A DNA stretch of 64,000 nt, taken from Candidatus Limnocylindrales bacterium. Lineage in GTDB: Bacteria > Moduliflexota > Moduliflexia > Moduliflexales > JAUQPW01. Below the pieces are notes generated by a model, which did no database searches, was not told the DNA's origin, and saw nothing but the letters and a program-made list of their open reading frames with translations. Where the stretch lies: positions 61,573 through 125,572 of the forward strand of contig DATMBG010000033.1 in NCBI GenBank assembly GCA_035559535.1, written 5' to 3'. Position 1 is the stretch's first letter, and the number at the start of each line of letters is the position of its first letter. Below are positions 19,630-29,615 of the stretch, in pieces. Both the position numbers and the translations under genes were made by a program.

Positions 19630-20100
19630 TTATTGGGATAACCTCTTCAACCAATAAGATACCCTGGGGTCTTTTCCGCCTAATCGAAGATAAATATCAT
19701 AGTGATTTTTGGCCAGCGTTGCATTCTTAAGATTTTTATCGTATAAAACTCCTAGTTTATAGTGAGCTTCCATAAGATTCGGATCAATTTGAATGGCCTT
19801 TTCATAATTTTCTGCAGCAAGTTGATAATTACCTTGATGCACCTCTAAATCACCCAAACGCAAATAAGCGGTGGCATTCTTAGGATCTATCTGGATCGCC
19901 TCCAGGTAGTAAGTTCGGGCTTGATCTTTATCCGTTATGTAGAGTAGATCTCCTTGCTTAACCAGATCTCGAGATTTATCTCCATTGGCCGGAAGGATCC
20001 TGATTTCTGAAGTAGAGGAGCCAGGTGGTTCCAGCTTGCGTTTGACCTTGATTTTGTCTTCCCCGGTAATAACAATTTCCGGAAGCTTCAAACCCGGAGG
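19630..20100 (-). CDS. TPR-repeat protein
   Basis: Three or more TPR units ('AYLRLGDLEVHQGNYQLAAENYEKAIQIDPN', 'AHYKLGVLYDKNLKNATLAKNHYDIYLRL'). The track ORF runs to 20310 but its N-terminal part would translate through two REP-like palindromes, so the start is uncertain and 20100 is approximate. Confidence 0.5.
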   Translation of the reverse strand, partial: PPGLKLPEIVITGEDKIKVKRKLEPPGSSTSEIRILPANGDKSRDLVKQGDLLYITDKDQARTYYLEAIQIDPKNATAYLRLGDLEVHQGNYQLAAENYEKAIQIDPNLMEAHYKLGVLYDKNLKNATLAKNHYDIYLRLGGKDPRVSYWLKRLSQ

Positions 20101-20126
20101 TGCAGCAGGCTCAGCGGCAGAACTAA

Positions 20127-20154
20127 GTACGGGCACACGGCCGTGTGCCCCTAC
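20127..20154. repeat. 28-bp REP-like palindrome (GTACGGGCACACGGCCGTGTGCCCCTAC)
   Basis: Read directly; arms carry compensatory changes relative to other copies. Confidence 0.85.
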
Positions 20155-20264
20155 TCCAAGAAAAGAAAGCAAAATTAAAATAAAGGCGACAATCTGGCTT
20201 GATTGAAGGAACTTAAAGCCAGCCCTCCAATCGACGTAAGGTTTATTTTCAGAGATTAATCTTG

Positions 20265-20292
20265 GTACGGGCACACGGCCGTGTGCCCGTAC
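20265..20292. repeat. 28-bp REP-like palindrome (GTACGGGCACACGGCCGTGTGCCCGTAC)
   Basis: Read directly; 15 bp 3' of the stop of the 20307-22154 (-) gene. Confidence 0.85.
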
Positions 20293-20306
20293 TTGTTTTA
20301 GTCCGT

Positions 20307-22154
20307 TCATTTACTCCTCCATACCTCAAAGATCCTCTCCAGACCAGCCCCTCCAAACAGAGTATTTGAGATGGTTAAGGTAGTCCCTCTGGGATCTTTG
20401 AGGGTATATTCATCGTAGAAACGACCTTTTTTAACAGAAATTTCAGTATCCGGACCAAATTCGAGGGAATGCCTGTAAGTAACTCCCTGAAGTTGAGCAG
20501 TAGCAACGGCCAGCAGCCGTCGGGTTGTTACAACAATCCAGAAATAGGCATCCCGTGCACGGGTTTTATCTACATTCCTGAACCGAAACCGGGTAGAAGT
20601 TTCCCGGATGGCCAGAATCCCCTCCGTTGGATCTAATTCCCTAAAAATATATCGGAGAATTTCAAAGGGAGGGGTCGAGATCAGATCGTGCTTGGGAAGT
20701 TTGGCTTTCAATTTATCGATTAGGTGCTTTTCTCCTTCTTTTTTCATACCCAGAAGGTCGCAAAGATTATAATAATAAGCCTCATCTTCCTTTGTAAAGG
20801 GTATCTGCCAAAGTAAAACATCCAGTACTTCCAGGAGGGCCTGCTGTTTAAAGATGGGTACATCTAAAACTTTAACCAATTCCTTGAGGTCTGTGGGACG
20901 TTCCCGCTCGACCAAAATATCTGCAAACTCTGCTTCTGAGAAAGGGACCAAAGGATATGCCAAAGCCCGAGCCCAGATATACTCCTTTAAAGATTCTGAC
21001 CATTTGTTACACGCTGTGGCTGCCTGAACCATCAGTTTCAAGATGGCAGCTTCCCGTTTCTTGTTAATTTGCTGAACACTTACCACATCCAACTCTCCAG
21101 AGGGCAACGCTTTTTTCTCTAATTCATTTCGATATTTTGAAGAAACGCCCAACCGTTCTTCCAGATTACGCAGCCGCTCCATTTTTTTTGTAAGATTCAT
21201 CTCATCGGCTTGCGCAACTTTCTCTACCTGTCTGAGGAGTCGGGCTTTATCTCCTTTCTCAGAAACAACGGTTAAATCATAAGAGGCCGGCTTCTTAGCC
21301 AACAGGGAACGTAAAAGGCTTACTTTTAGTGAATCGTTCAATTCGGTATTCTTTAGAATGTAGGCCAAGAGGGTCTCGTACTCCTGGGAAGTCACCAAAC
21401 CATCCGCTACCGCCATGTTAATCATTTCACCTGCAATGCTATACTCGATGATAGCAGACTTAGGTTTTACCCCCCTTCGACTATAAAGCAGGATGGCTTC
21501 TTCCCCTACAACGGTCATGATCATGGATAAAAAATAACGAACAATGCTTTCCTGACTAACCGTGATAAGGACCTGTCGTCCCCAGTACCAAGGATTAGAA
21601 TAGTTGTAGGCGGCCCATAGGGCCTTCCCAATATCATAAAGATATTTATGCTTTTTGAAAAATTTAAAAGCGCTATGGCTGGTAACTTGATTGTAAAAGT
21701 TTTTATATTTGAGAATATTCTCGATATTGAAATCTTTGATTTTATTAAACGGAAAGGTCTCCAGATTCGCCCGAATACGTTCGCTGATCCGATAATTAAG
21801 TTCTGCAAGATCATGAAGAGAAGCTTGAAACTCGGGTCGATCTTTCAGGGGATAATAGAGCCTGGCAATCTCTCGAACAAGTTCATAGGCAAGTTGATAA
21901 ATCATGCGTGGATTAATGTCCGTACTCACAACCACATTCCACCAAATCTTGCTTCGATACTCTTTAATTAACTCATAAGCCTTGAGATCGGTCTCGGTTG
22001 GATTATCTACTTGGATGATAGGTACTTCTTGAAGTTCTTCTACATCTTTCTTTACCTCTTCAATAATCTGTTTTTTTTGCTTTTCGCGTACAAAGAGTAA
22101 AACGAACACAAGAAGGCTTAATAAGCTTATGAGAAAAATGGTTACCCAATCCAT
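20307..22154 (-). CDS. Hypothetical membrane-anchored protein (single N-terminal TM, large soluble domain)
   Basis: 615 aa, ATG start, N-terminal TM 'IFLISLLSLLVFVLLF'. No recognised motif. Immediately downstream of the large GT-C/TPR gene on the same strand. Confidence 0.55.
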   Translation of the reverse strand: MDWVTIFLISLLSLLVFVLLFVREKQKKQIIEEVKKDVEELQEVPIIQVDNPTETDLKAYELIKEYRSKIWWNVVVSTDINPRMIYQLAYELVREIARLYYPLKDRPEFQASLHDLAELNYRISERIRANLETFPFNKIKDFNIENILKYKNFYNQVTSHSAFKFFKKHKYLYDIGKALWAAYNYSNPWYWGRQVLITVSQESIVRYFLSMIMTVVGEEAILLYSRRGVKPKSAIIEYSIAGEMINMAVADGLVTSQEYETLLAYILKNTELNDSLKVSLLRSLLAKKPASYDLTVVSEKGDKARLLRQVEKVAQADEMNLTKKMERLRNLEERLGVSSKYRNELEKKALPSGELDVVSVQQINKKREAAILKLMVQAATACNKWSESLKEYIWARALAYPLVPFSEAEFADILVERERPTDLKELVKVLDVPIFKQQALLEVLDVLLWQIPFTKEDEAYYYNLCDLLGMKKEGEKHLIDKLKAKLPKHDLISTPPFEILRYIFRELDPTEGILAIRETSTRFRFRNVDKTRARDAYFWIVVTTRRLLAVATAQLQGVTYRHSLEFGPDTEISVKKGRFYDEYTLKDPRGTTLTISNTLFGGAGLERIFEVWRSK

Positions 22155-22163
22155 TCCTGGGAG

Positions 22164-22225
22164 CCAGGAGTCCGGGGTCAGGGGTCAGAAACCAGAAGCT
22201 CTGGCCTCTGACCCCGGACTCCTGG
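22164..22225 (-). promoter_or_regulatory. Long GC-rich stem-loop (18-bp perfect arms) between two co-directional genes, abutting the downstream start codon
   Basis: Arms CCAGGAGTCCGGGGTCAG (22164-22181) and CTGACCCCGGACTCCTGG (22208-22225). Lies after the stop of the 22241-25735 gene and ends 9 nt before the ATG at 22154. Confidence 0.4.
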
Positions 22226-22240
22226 CTTCTGACTGAGGAC

Positions 22241-25200
22241 TCATTTCTGTATTTCTATTTCTCCAATTTTCATCTTCTCTTGACCTCCAGCTTTGAGTCT
22301 TCGGCCGGTATTTTTAGGATCCCACACACCTATCCAGATTTCATAAGTTCCAGGTACCAGATAAGGAGGAATCTGAACCTGATACCGTTCTTTGACCACT
22401 TCTCCAGGAAGCCAGGTATCCGTGGGGTGTAAGTTTTGAAGAGGGAAGTGATCCTGCTGGAAGAAGTCTACAAGGGATATTCCCAGCTTTTGTTTAACTT
22501 TACGGATCAGATCAGAAGAAATGAACTTCTTCTTTGAAAAGTGAACAAAAATCGCATAATTCTTATCCATTTTAGCCAAGGCCTTCCAGTAATAGGTAAT
22601 GGGAAAGGTCTCGGAAGGTCTAAATTGGTTCTTAGGTAAGTCATATCCTATAAAAGCCAGTTGATTATCAAAATTGATCTGAACAGGGATCTGAGGTTGA
22701 AGTAATTCCCGGATCTGGATGAAATATTTATAAAGAGGAACCTCTTGTGGGATAGGCTCATGTTTTACTTCCTCATAAAGAGAAGAAAGCGACAGTGTAG
22801 ATTCAAAATCTTCTCCTACTCTGCCGGAATCCTGTAAAGATAGAATTTCTCGCCCGACTTCATGTTGTAAAACCTTTAGAGCTTCTTCCCATTCTTTTAA
22901 TTTAACCCAACCTAAGATCATATAATAAGAGAGATGGGGGTAAGTGGGATCTAATGCAAATAAAGGTGAAAGTTGGGTCAGGGCCTGCTCCCAGTTCCCC
23001 TCCTTTGCATAAGAAACTCCCATCAGGTAAGGGATTTGAAAGGGAAGTAAGGGATAAACATCAATTTTATCTACCAGAAGGGTTCCTATGCCCGATGTTT
23101 CTACTCGAAATTCCAAAGAAGAGGTCTCTGGGTTTACGAAACTGAGACTAAAGTTTTGATAGGTATCGGAAGCGGTAAAATCCTCTCTAAGCAGGGAGCG
23201 CCGCCCCAGGATTCCATATCGGCCACTTCGAACATCTAACATGGCAAGTAAAGGGGTTGCCGGAACTGCTTCTGAAGGGGGTAGATGATCTTTGATCTTG
23301 AGTCTATATCTAACCTGATAGGCTCCGGCCGGAAAATCTTGAAAAGGTCCATACGTTAAAAAACCTTTACCCGTAGAGATGGTTGAAGTTTTTAAAATCT
23401 CAAAGGATTGGATATCGGACTGGCTGTTTGGAACATCTGAAGTAGTTAGAATCGCGGAGTTTATCGATTCCCCCGAGATGGGAGTATCCGGTCTGGATGA
23501 AACCGCTCGACCACCGGAAGCTTCTGAATCCAGAACCACCCCTCCGGTAGTCCTTCGGAGATTCTCGGCTTCAAAACTCTGAATTAATAAACTCTGAAGA
23601 AACTTTAGCGAGGAATCGGAGGTAAGAGCGGCGCCATCTACTTCTTCTCCTCCACTTTTCCCTATAGACCTGTTAAAGTTTGCTACGTAAGTTGGAATGA
23701 GTTTCTTTGCTTTTTCCAGTACGATCCGGGACCTGGTAAACCGGCCTACCTGTTGATAGGCCTCACTAAGGGCGATATACAGAGCTAAATTTTCCGGTTC
23801 CTGCTCCACAGCCTGTTCCAGATAGAAAAGAGCTTTGTCGGTATTTCCGTTTTTTTGATAAGCCAGGCCTATTTTACCTGGATTCAAAGAAATCTGGACC
23901 AGACATCCCAAATAGCGGGTATCATCCTTGACCTTATCCAGCGAAAACAGGTAAGGAAGTCTTTCGGTAGGATTTGCATAGGCGAATCGAGGGATAAAAC
24001 CCGAGTAAGAGGTTATGTTAATGGGATAAAGATAGGCCTTGAAAAACGGAAAAGCTGTTTTTAACGGGAAAATAATCTCTTTCCTTTCATCCCCCTCTAA
24101 GTGGAAAGTACGCCGTACACCGGCTACTTCCAGGTCAACCGTATTTTGAAAAGGTCCATTCTCCAGGATAACCAGCAAATCGTCTTGCTTTTCATTCACC
24201 TTTAACACCGCTTCCAGCTTTGCTTCACCACGTACCCAGAAATTTTTACTGCTACGCCCCATATAGTTATCGTTCAGAAGATAAAGATCATAGGAAGGGC
24301 TATCCCCGGAGAAGTTTTGAATCATATGACGATTGGTATTGATGGGGAGAGAATTAATTTCTGTCAACTCTACAGGGAGTATTCGATAAGGGAATCGGAA
24401 GGCATGTTGCGCAGGATTATTGGAACTATAAAAGGGATTAATGAGAATTTGAGCTAAAAATAAAAAACCCACCAGCCAGGTTATCAAGATGGTTCCAAAC
24501 CCCCCTGGAATTTGGGTTGTCAAAAAGAGAAAAGCCGGATAGATATTTAAGAAAAATCGATTTCCGATCGCTCCACTCCCTCCATGATAGTTAGAGGGGG
24601 CCCACAGGATGTAGATGAGAATGTGGATAACGATGGTTCCAAGCAGGACAAATCGCAAAGAGGAACGCGGGTTTAATAGAAAACAGAAAAGCGCAACTAA
24701 AGCCGGAAAATAGTAAGGGAAAATCCCGGTGAACCGTCCAAATAGATAATAAAATAAATTATATAAAAAGACTTTAGGATTAAAATAAAAGGATTCTTCA
24801 AAATAAACATCATGGGTTTGTTTAGTCCCTAGATTATCAAATCCAGCTCCGGCTGACTCCAGGGGGAAATGCCAGTAAAAAGTTTTACGATCTCCGGCAT
24901 AGGCATTCCATTGACTCATGAACAGAAATTGAATCCCCGAAAGAATTCCCAGAATCAGTAGAAAAACAAGACCAACGCTTAAAACATATTTGTACCGCTG
25001 CCAAAAATAGTGGATTCTGGCTACAAATCCCTTCTTGGAAGTCAGATAAATTTCGCTTCGCGGTAAGATAACACTGGTTAAGAGGGGTAAAATAAAGATT
25101 CCATTGTGGGGTTTGGAAAAAGTTGCAAGACCTATCAAAAGAGCACTCAAGTATTTTCTACCTGGAGTTTTTCCAAAGGCCTGACCATAGTTTGCTAGAG

Positions 25201-25735
25201 GGGTTTCGTAGAATAGTACAAAGAGTCCGGAGGTTATCAAGAACATTTGAAAGATTTCGGGAGTGGACCAAAAGGTATAAATAAAGCCGGCAGTTACCAG
25301 GAAAAAGGTCAGGGAGAAGAGAAGCGCCAGTTGTTCTGAGTTATATTTTTTTAAATAAAGATATCCCAGCGTAATCATGGAAACCAGCAGGAGGGTATTA
25401 AAAATTAAAAATCCTCTTAATCCAAACAAATAGACAAAGGGAGCTAAAAAAAGCGGATAAATAAAAGGTTTCCCATAATATATTTTCTCTTCTCCATTTT
25501 GAACTACCCGGGTTAGAAAAACTCCCTGGGGACCTCCATGCCAGTCCTTGTAAAACCGAATCAGATCCCCCTGTGTATACTCCAGATCGCGATCAAAAGC
25601 TAAACTTTGGGCCATTATATAATAAACGGCCTCATCCCCAAACAGGTAAGTTACTACACTTTGGTACTTAATAGATAAAGACACTGCCAGTAAAAAGATG
25701 AGTAATCCTATGAGTAGTAGCTGATTAAATTTCAA
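22241..25735 (-). CDS. Large GT-C-type membrane glycosyltransferase (ArnT/PMT-like) fused to TPR repeats and a C-terminal soluble domain
   Basis: 1164 aa. N-terminal region has 10 or more TM helices with first-loop acidic motif 'GDEAVYYIMAQSL'. Central TPR units ('ALFYLEQAVEQEPENLALYIALSEAYQQVGRF', 'WEQALTQLSPLFALDPTYP'). TTG start in track. Confidence 0.6.
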   Translation of the reverse strand: MKFNQLLLIGLLIFLLAVSLSIKYQSVVTYLFGDEAVYYIMAQSLAFDRDLEYTQGDLIRFYKDWHGGPQGVFLTRVVQNGEEKIYYGKPFIYPLFLAPFVYLFGLRGFLIFNTLLLVSMITLGYLYLKKYNSEQLALLFSLTFFLVTAGFIYTFWSTPEIFQMFLITSGLFVLFYETPLANYGQAFGKTPGRKYLSALLIGLATFSKPHNGIFILPLLTSVILPRSEIYLTSKKGFVARIHYFWQRYKYVLSVGLVFLLILGILSGIQFLFMSQWNAYAGDRKTFYWHFPLESAGAGFDNLGTKQTHDVYFEESFYFNPKVFLYNLFYYLFGRFTGIFPYYFPALVALFCFLLNPRSSLRFVLLGTIVIHILIYILWAPSNYHGGSGAIGNRFFLNIYPAFLFLTTQIPGGFGTILITWLVGFLFLAQILINPFYSSNNPAQHAFRFPYRILPVELTEINSLPINTNRHMIQNFSGDSPSYDLYLLNDNYMGRSSKNFWVRGEAKLEAVLKVNEKQDDLLVILENGPFQNTVDLEVAGVRRTFHLEGDERKEIIFPLKTAFPFFKAYLYPINITSYSGFIPRFAYANPTERLPYLFSLDKVKDDTRYLGCLVQISLNPGKIGLAYQKNGNTDKALFYLEQAVEQEPENLALYIALSEAYQQVGRFTRSRIVLEKAKKLIPTYVANFNRSIGKSGGEEVDGAALTSDSSLKFLQSLLIQSFEAENLRRTTGGVVLDSEASGGRAVSSRPDTPISGESINSAILTTSDVPNSQSDIQSFEILKTSTISTGKGFLTYGPFQDFPAGAYQVRYRLKIKDHLPPSEAVPATPLLAMLDVRSGRYGILGRRSLLREDFTASDTYQNFSLSFVNPETSSLEFRVETSGIGTLLVDKIDVYPLLPFQIPYLMGVSYAKEGNWEQALTQLSPLFALDPTYPHLSYYMILGWVKLKEWEEALKVLQHEVGREILSLQDSGRVGEDFESTLSLSSLYEEVKHEPIPQEVPLYKYFIQIRELLQPQIPVQINFDNQLAFIGYDLPKNQFRPSETFPITYYWKALAKMDKNYAIFVHFSKKKFISSDLIRKVKQKLGISLVDFFQQDHFPLQNLHPTDTWLPGEVVKERYQVQIPPYLVPGTYEIWIGVWDPKNTGRRLKAGGQEKMKIGEIEIQK

Positions 25736-26388
25736 GATCCTCTCCCAGAGGCCAGGTGATAGGTACTGAACCGTAAATAATGTAAAGACTTACACCTTCC
25801 TCCTTCTAACTTAACCATCCCCATTTCCCTTCAAGACCTTAGGGTTTATCCTCTTTAACCTGCTATTTACGATTCATATTCTACTTAACATAATATCTTA
25901 GCTCAAAAATGAGCGTCAAGAAAAAAGGGAACCTTATCGATTCACCAGATGGGTAATTCCCTTCCTTGTCTTCAGAATTTCCTTTAACTTTTAAGGACAG
26001 AGTCGGATTTTTTACAATTCCCGAATTTCTCAAAACCCTTTGTAAGTATAAAGGTTATCGCCTTATACCCATTCGCTAAAATTGCGGTCTTAAGGGATCC
26101 GTACACGGGTTATCGGATCATCCTGGGGTGGGCATCAATTTGTGAAAATTCTCCCTTTTAAATTTTCTTCTTGACTTCTCCTTTTATTCGCCTATCTTAT
26201 AAATTAAGTTCTTCGATTGTTTTCAAACCCCTCGTTCATAGGACGCAGGGTGAACTTAAGGTTTGACCCTTCCTGGAGACTTCCTACAGGAAGTATTTCA
26301 GATAAAGCCTGAGCAGAGTAATCCGTTAAACTGAAAACCCTGGATTGAGCGGGCCAAGTTTTGCCTTGGCCTCAGGAGGTAGAAGGAT

Positions 26389-26820
26389 ATGCAAAAGCCC
26401 CGAAACGCTTTGGATGATTGTTTGAGGATCCTAGCCGGCTCCAGTAGCATAGCCGGAATTTACGTACTCTACAGGCTCTTTGAATTAACCGGATCTACCC
26501 TTACCACCCAAGATATTCGTTTACTCCTCACCCTGAGTATGACCATACTTATTTTAGCGGTAGCCCTCATTTTCGCTTACCTGGTTCTCTTTCTATATGA
26601 ACGGCTCCTCTATGTTTTCCAACAATTTAAAAAGATAAAAAATCCTGATGGGCTTACCCCGCAGACTGAGAGATTAAGCCATTTGGAGTTAACGATGATT
26701 TCCGCTCTGGAAAGAATAGAAAACCGACTGGCTTTACTGGAGGGTAGAATAGGAGAAGAACATGTTTTTCCTGTAAGTTACGAAATAGATCCTCGTGAAC
26801 TGAAATCCAGCAACTTTTAA
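26389..26820 (+). CDS. Hypothetical small membrane protein
   Basis: 143 aa, ATG preceded by GGAGG, two predicted TM helices then a coiled-coil-like C-terminus. Confidence 0.45.
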   Translation: MQKPRNALDDCLRILAGSSSIAGIYVLYRLFELTGSTLTTQDIRLLLTLSMTILILAVALIFAYLVLFLYERLLYVFQQFKKIKNPDGLTPQTERLSHLELTMISALERIENRLALLEGRIGEEHVFPVSYEIDPRELKSSNF

Positions 26821-26995
26821 GGATTTTTCATGGAAGAGTCCCAAGACCCAGATTGTCCTTCCTTCAGGGGAGAGGGTAACCCCGGGGATCCAGAAAGTTT
26901 AGTATGGCCCTCTTTGTCTAAACTCTCCGTTGTAGGGCAAAACGCTATTTCGTCCAACAATGGCGAAATAGTATTTGCCTTACAACCGGGGATTT

Positions 26996-28114
26996 TTACA
27001 AATAATCTTCAAGGACCCCGCACAACTGTTCAATAGAAGCCCGACGTGCATTATAACCCATCAAGCCGATCCTCCAGATCTTTGACTTCAACTCTCCAAA
27101 GCCGGCTCCAATTTCAATTTGATGCTTTTTAAGCAGATCCGCGCGAACACTCAAAGGATCGATATGTTGAGGGGGCATCACTGAAGTGAGCATCGGAAGC
27201 CGATATCCCTCTTGAGCAAATAACGTACATCCCATCTTCTGCAGTCTTAATTTTAGCAAATCTCCGGCCTCTTGATGCCGTTTAAACCGCTGTTCCAACC
27301 CTTCTTCCATGATGATTCTCAAAGCTTCACGCAGTCCATAAATATAGGTCGTGGGGAGAGTATGATGATAAATTCGCTTTTCCCCCCAATAATCGATGAG
27401 TAAATCGATACTTAAATAGAAACTGCTGACGGGGGTTTTGCGACGCCTGATGACTTCCAAGGCCTTGGCACTGAAAGTTATGGGGGCCAGACCCGAAACC
27501 ATTCCAATACATTTTTGTGAACAGCTAAAGGCAACGTCAATATGATGATGATCGACCCTCACCGGAAGTCCCCCTAGAGAAGTCACGCAGTCCACCACGA
27601 AAAGGGTATCTGTTTTGGCAACAGCAGTCCCTATCTCTTCCAGAGGTTGTTGAACTCCGGTTGAAGTCTCTGCATGGACAATGGCAACGGCCTTTGCCTC
27701 CGGATGTTGATGGAGAGTTTCGATAACCTGTTGGGGGTCCACGATTTTCCCAACCTCTCCACGTACTTCTATCACTTTAGCTCCCAGGCGCTCGGCAACC
27801 TGTTTGATCCGTTCCCCAAAATATCCTTTGATTCCTACAATAAGGGTGTCACCTGGCTCCAGAATGTTAACCAGACAGGCTTCCATTCCTGCACTCCCTG
27901 TTCCGGAAATAGGGAATGTTATGGGATTTTTAGTTTCAAAAACAACCCGAAGCATCTCCTGGATTTCATCCATGATTGGAAATAAATCGGGGTCGGCATA
28001 ACCAATGACCGGAGCACAAATAGCTTGAAAAATGCGCGGATGAATATTTGCCGGACCCGGGCCGAGTAGAAGCCGGGGGGATGGAAGAAACTCAGAATAA
28101 AGGTTCTCTTTCAC
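26996..28114 (-). CDS. Class V pyridoxal-phosphate aminotransferase (alanine-glyoxylate / serine-pyruvate aminotransferase-like)
   Basis: 372 aa. GTG start preceded by AAGGAGGAG. 'GPGPANIHPRI', 'ISGTGSAGMEA', and a PLP-lysine region 'FSCSQKCIG'. Confidence 0.8.
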   Translation of the reverse strand: MKENLYSEFLPSPRLLLGPGPANIHPRIFQAICAPVIGYADPDLFPIMDEIQEMLRVVFETKNPITFPISGTGSAGMEACLVNILEPGDTLIVGIKGYFGERIKQVAERLGAKVIEVRGEVGKIVDPQQVIETLHQHPEAKAVAIVHAETSTGVQQPLEEIGTAVAKTDTLFVVDCVTSLGGLPVRVDHHHIDVAFSCSQKCIGMVSGLAPITFSAKALEVIRRRKTPVSSFYLSIDLLIDYWGEKRIYHHTLPTTYIYGLREALRIIMEEGLEQRFKRHQEAGDLLKLRLQKMGCTLFAQEGYRLPMLTSVMPPQHIDPLSVRADLLKKHQIEIGAGFGELKSKIWRIGLMGYNARRASIEQLCGVLEDYL

Positions 28115-28311
28115 GTATCTCCTCCTTGTTAGGTCCTATAGAAAAATTGGGTTTTAAATAAACGAGTCCTTAACTCAGTTCAATAACCTTTGAAATGGTA
28201 ATATACACTCACTCCCTCAGTAAAGCAAGCCATATACTACGAAGCCGACCGGTTAACTGAATTGCTGAGTCAGTATGAAATTTTGAAATCTGACAGAGGA
28301 AAAAGAACACC

Positions 28312-29319
28312 TTATCCGTTGGATGGTAAAGGTTCCAGGGTAAAGGTGGCTCGTTCCATAACGGTCCCGTTGTAGAGGTAGTGAACCGTCCAGACCCCAA
28401 ATTTTCTGGCAGCCGGATATCCGGCTATGGTGGTGTAACAATACCAATAGCTATAAGCATAAGACCGATCGTGATTAATTCTACAACTTGAATAGAGTTC
28501 CCCCTTAGGGGTATACCATCTCCACTCTGAAACATCTCCTGCTTGTACGTTTAAAACCCTTACCCAAAAGGTTACATAGGAGTCTGTTGCATAAAACTTG
28601 TTCCCTGAGGGTGGGATAGAACCATTCTGGGGGATTTGATTGGTAAGCACGGTTTTCACCACTTTAAAAGCCCCACCTTGATAAGGTTCCTGATTTTCCC
28701 AGTAACTCACAGACCTGTTGGAGCTACAGGGACCTGCATAGGGATTAATGAGATTAATGGCAGAATCCGTTACAATAAAATGGAGATGGGGTGTATCGGA
28801 ATCTCCAGAACTCCCGACCTCTCCTATTTTCTGTCCTTTCTTAACACGATCACCTGTTTTGACTAAAATAGAACCTTTTTTCATATGATGATATACAGTC
28901 CGAAGACCATTGGCATGGTGAATAAATACATGGTTGGAGTTTTCATAGGGACAGTTACGCTGACAATGATCGTAATATCCATCGACCGCCTCGGTTACAA
29001 CTCCGGAGTCGGCGGCTAGGACATCAACACCTCGATCCATGGCTTCCCATCCCTCGATGACAAAATCTGTCCCATTGTGCCCATCATACGTCATGGAACC
29101 ACAGTTCCAATCTTTGACACTTCCCGGCGCCGGATCGTCATCCATATAATTCGTTATGAAACAGGTTTTCCCTAATTCACAGTTCAGAGGAAAGATAAAC
29201 TGACCGGCACTCCAGGCCGGGGAAGGAAAGAAAGAAAGATTCTGTATCTCCCCAAAAAGAACCGTTATCCCCATAACACTTACGACAAAAAAACATCTTA
29301 AAAACCGATATATTCTCAT
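28312..29319 (-). CDS. Secreted M23-family metallopeptidase
   Basis: ATG at 29319 preceded by GGAGGG. Signal peptide. M23 motifs 'HNGTDF' and 'GSSGDSDTPHLHF'. Confidence 0.75.
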   Translation of the reverse strand: MRIYRFLRCFFVVSVMGITVLFGEIQNLSFFPSPAWSAGQFIFPLNCELGKTCFITNYMDDDPAPGSVKDWNCGSMTYDGHNGTDFVIEGWEAMDRGVDVLAADSGVVTEAVDGYYDHCQRNCPYENSNHVFIHHANGLRTVYHHMKKGSILVKTGDRVKKGQKIGEVGSSGDSDTPHLHFIVTDSAINLINPYAGPCSSNRSVSYWENQEPYQGGAFKVVKTVLTNQIPQNGSIPPSGNKFYATDSYVTFWVRVLNVQAGDVSEWRWYTPKGELYSSCRINHDRSYAYSYWYCYTTIAGYPAARKFGVWTVHYLYNGTVMERATFTLEPLPSNG

Positions 29320-29538
29320 CTTCAACCCTCCGATTTTTACCCACCGTTTCTAACCCATACCATTGCTTCTTTAACTTCTCGATTTTTGCTTCCCATTTTT
29401 ATTCAATTTTGATGCCCCTATAGAACCTTTAGAGGATTTTACCGATCCGAACTGTCTTAATTGAAGGAATGAGGGACTGTCAAGGGAAAAGTCATGGTTT
29501 TTTTTCTCGGTAAAGGGGGAATTGTATCGGAGGAGGTA

Positions 29539-29615
29539 GGGGAGGGAACTTCGCTTTAAAGTTCCTTCCCCTGCAAAGAGGGGAAAGGTTAGTAGGTTAG
29601 ACGTCTCGTTTGACA
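29539..29615 (-). promoter_or_regulatory. Cluster of overlapping stem-loops plus a conserved 15-mer in the leader region upstream of the M23 peptidase gene
   Basis: Hairpin GGGGAGGGAACTT/AAGTTCCTTCCCC (29539-29571) overlaps an alternative hairpin TCCCCT/AGGGGA (29567-29582). Followed by ACGTCTCGTTTGACA (29601-29615), which also occurs at 6524-6538. Confidence 0.35.

Noticed and set aside
20101-20310. N-terminal 70 aa of the TPR-protein ORF, including an apparent signal/TM segment lying between two palindromes
   Set aside because: Same logic: this would require both palindromes to be translated in frame. The region may instead be intergenic or encode a tiny separate peptide; this cannot be resolved from sequence alone.
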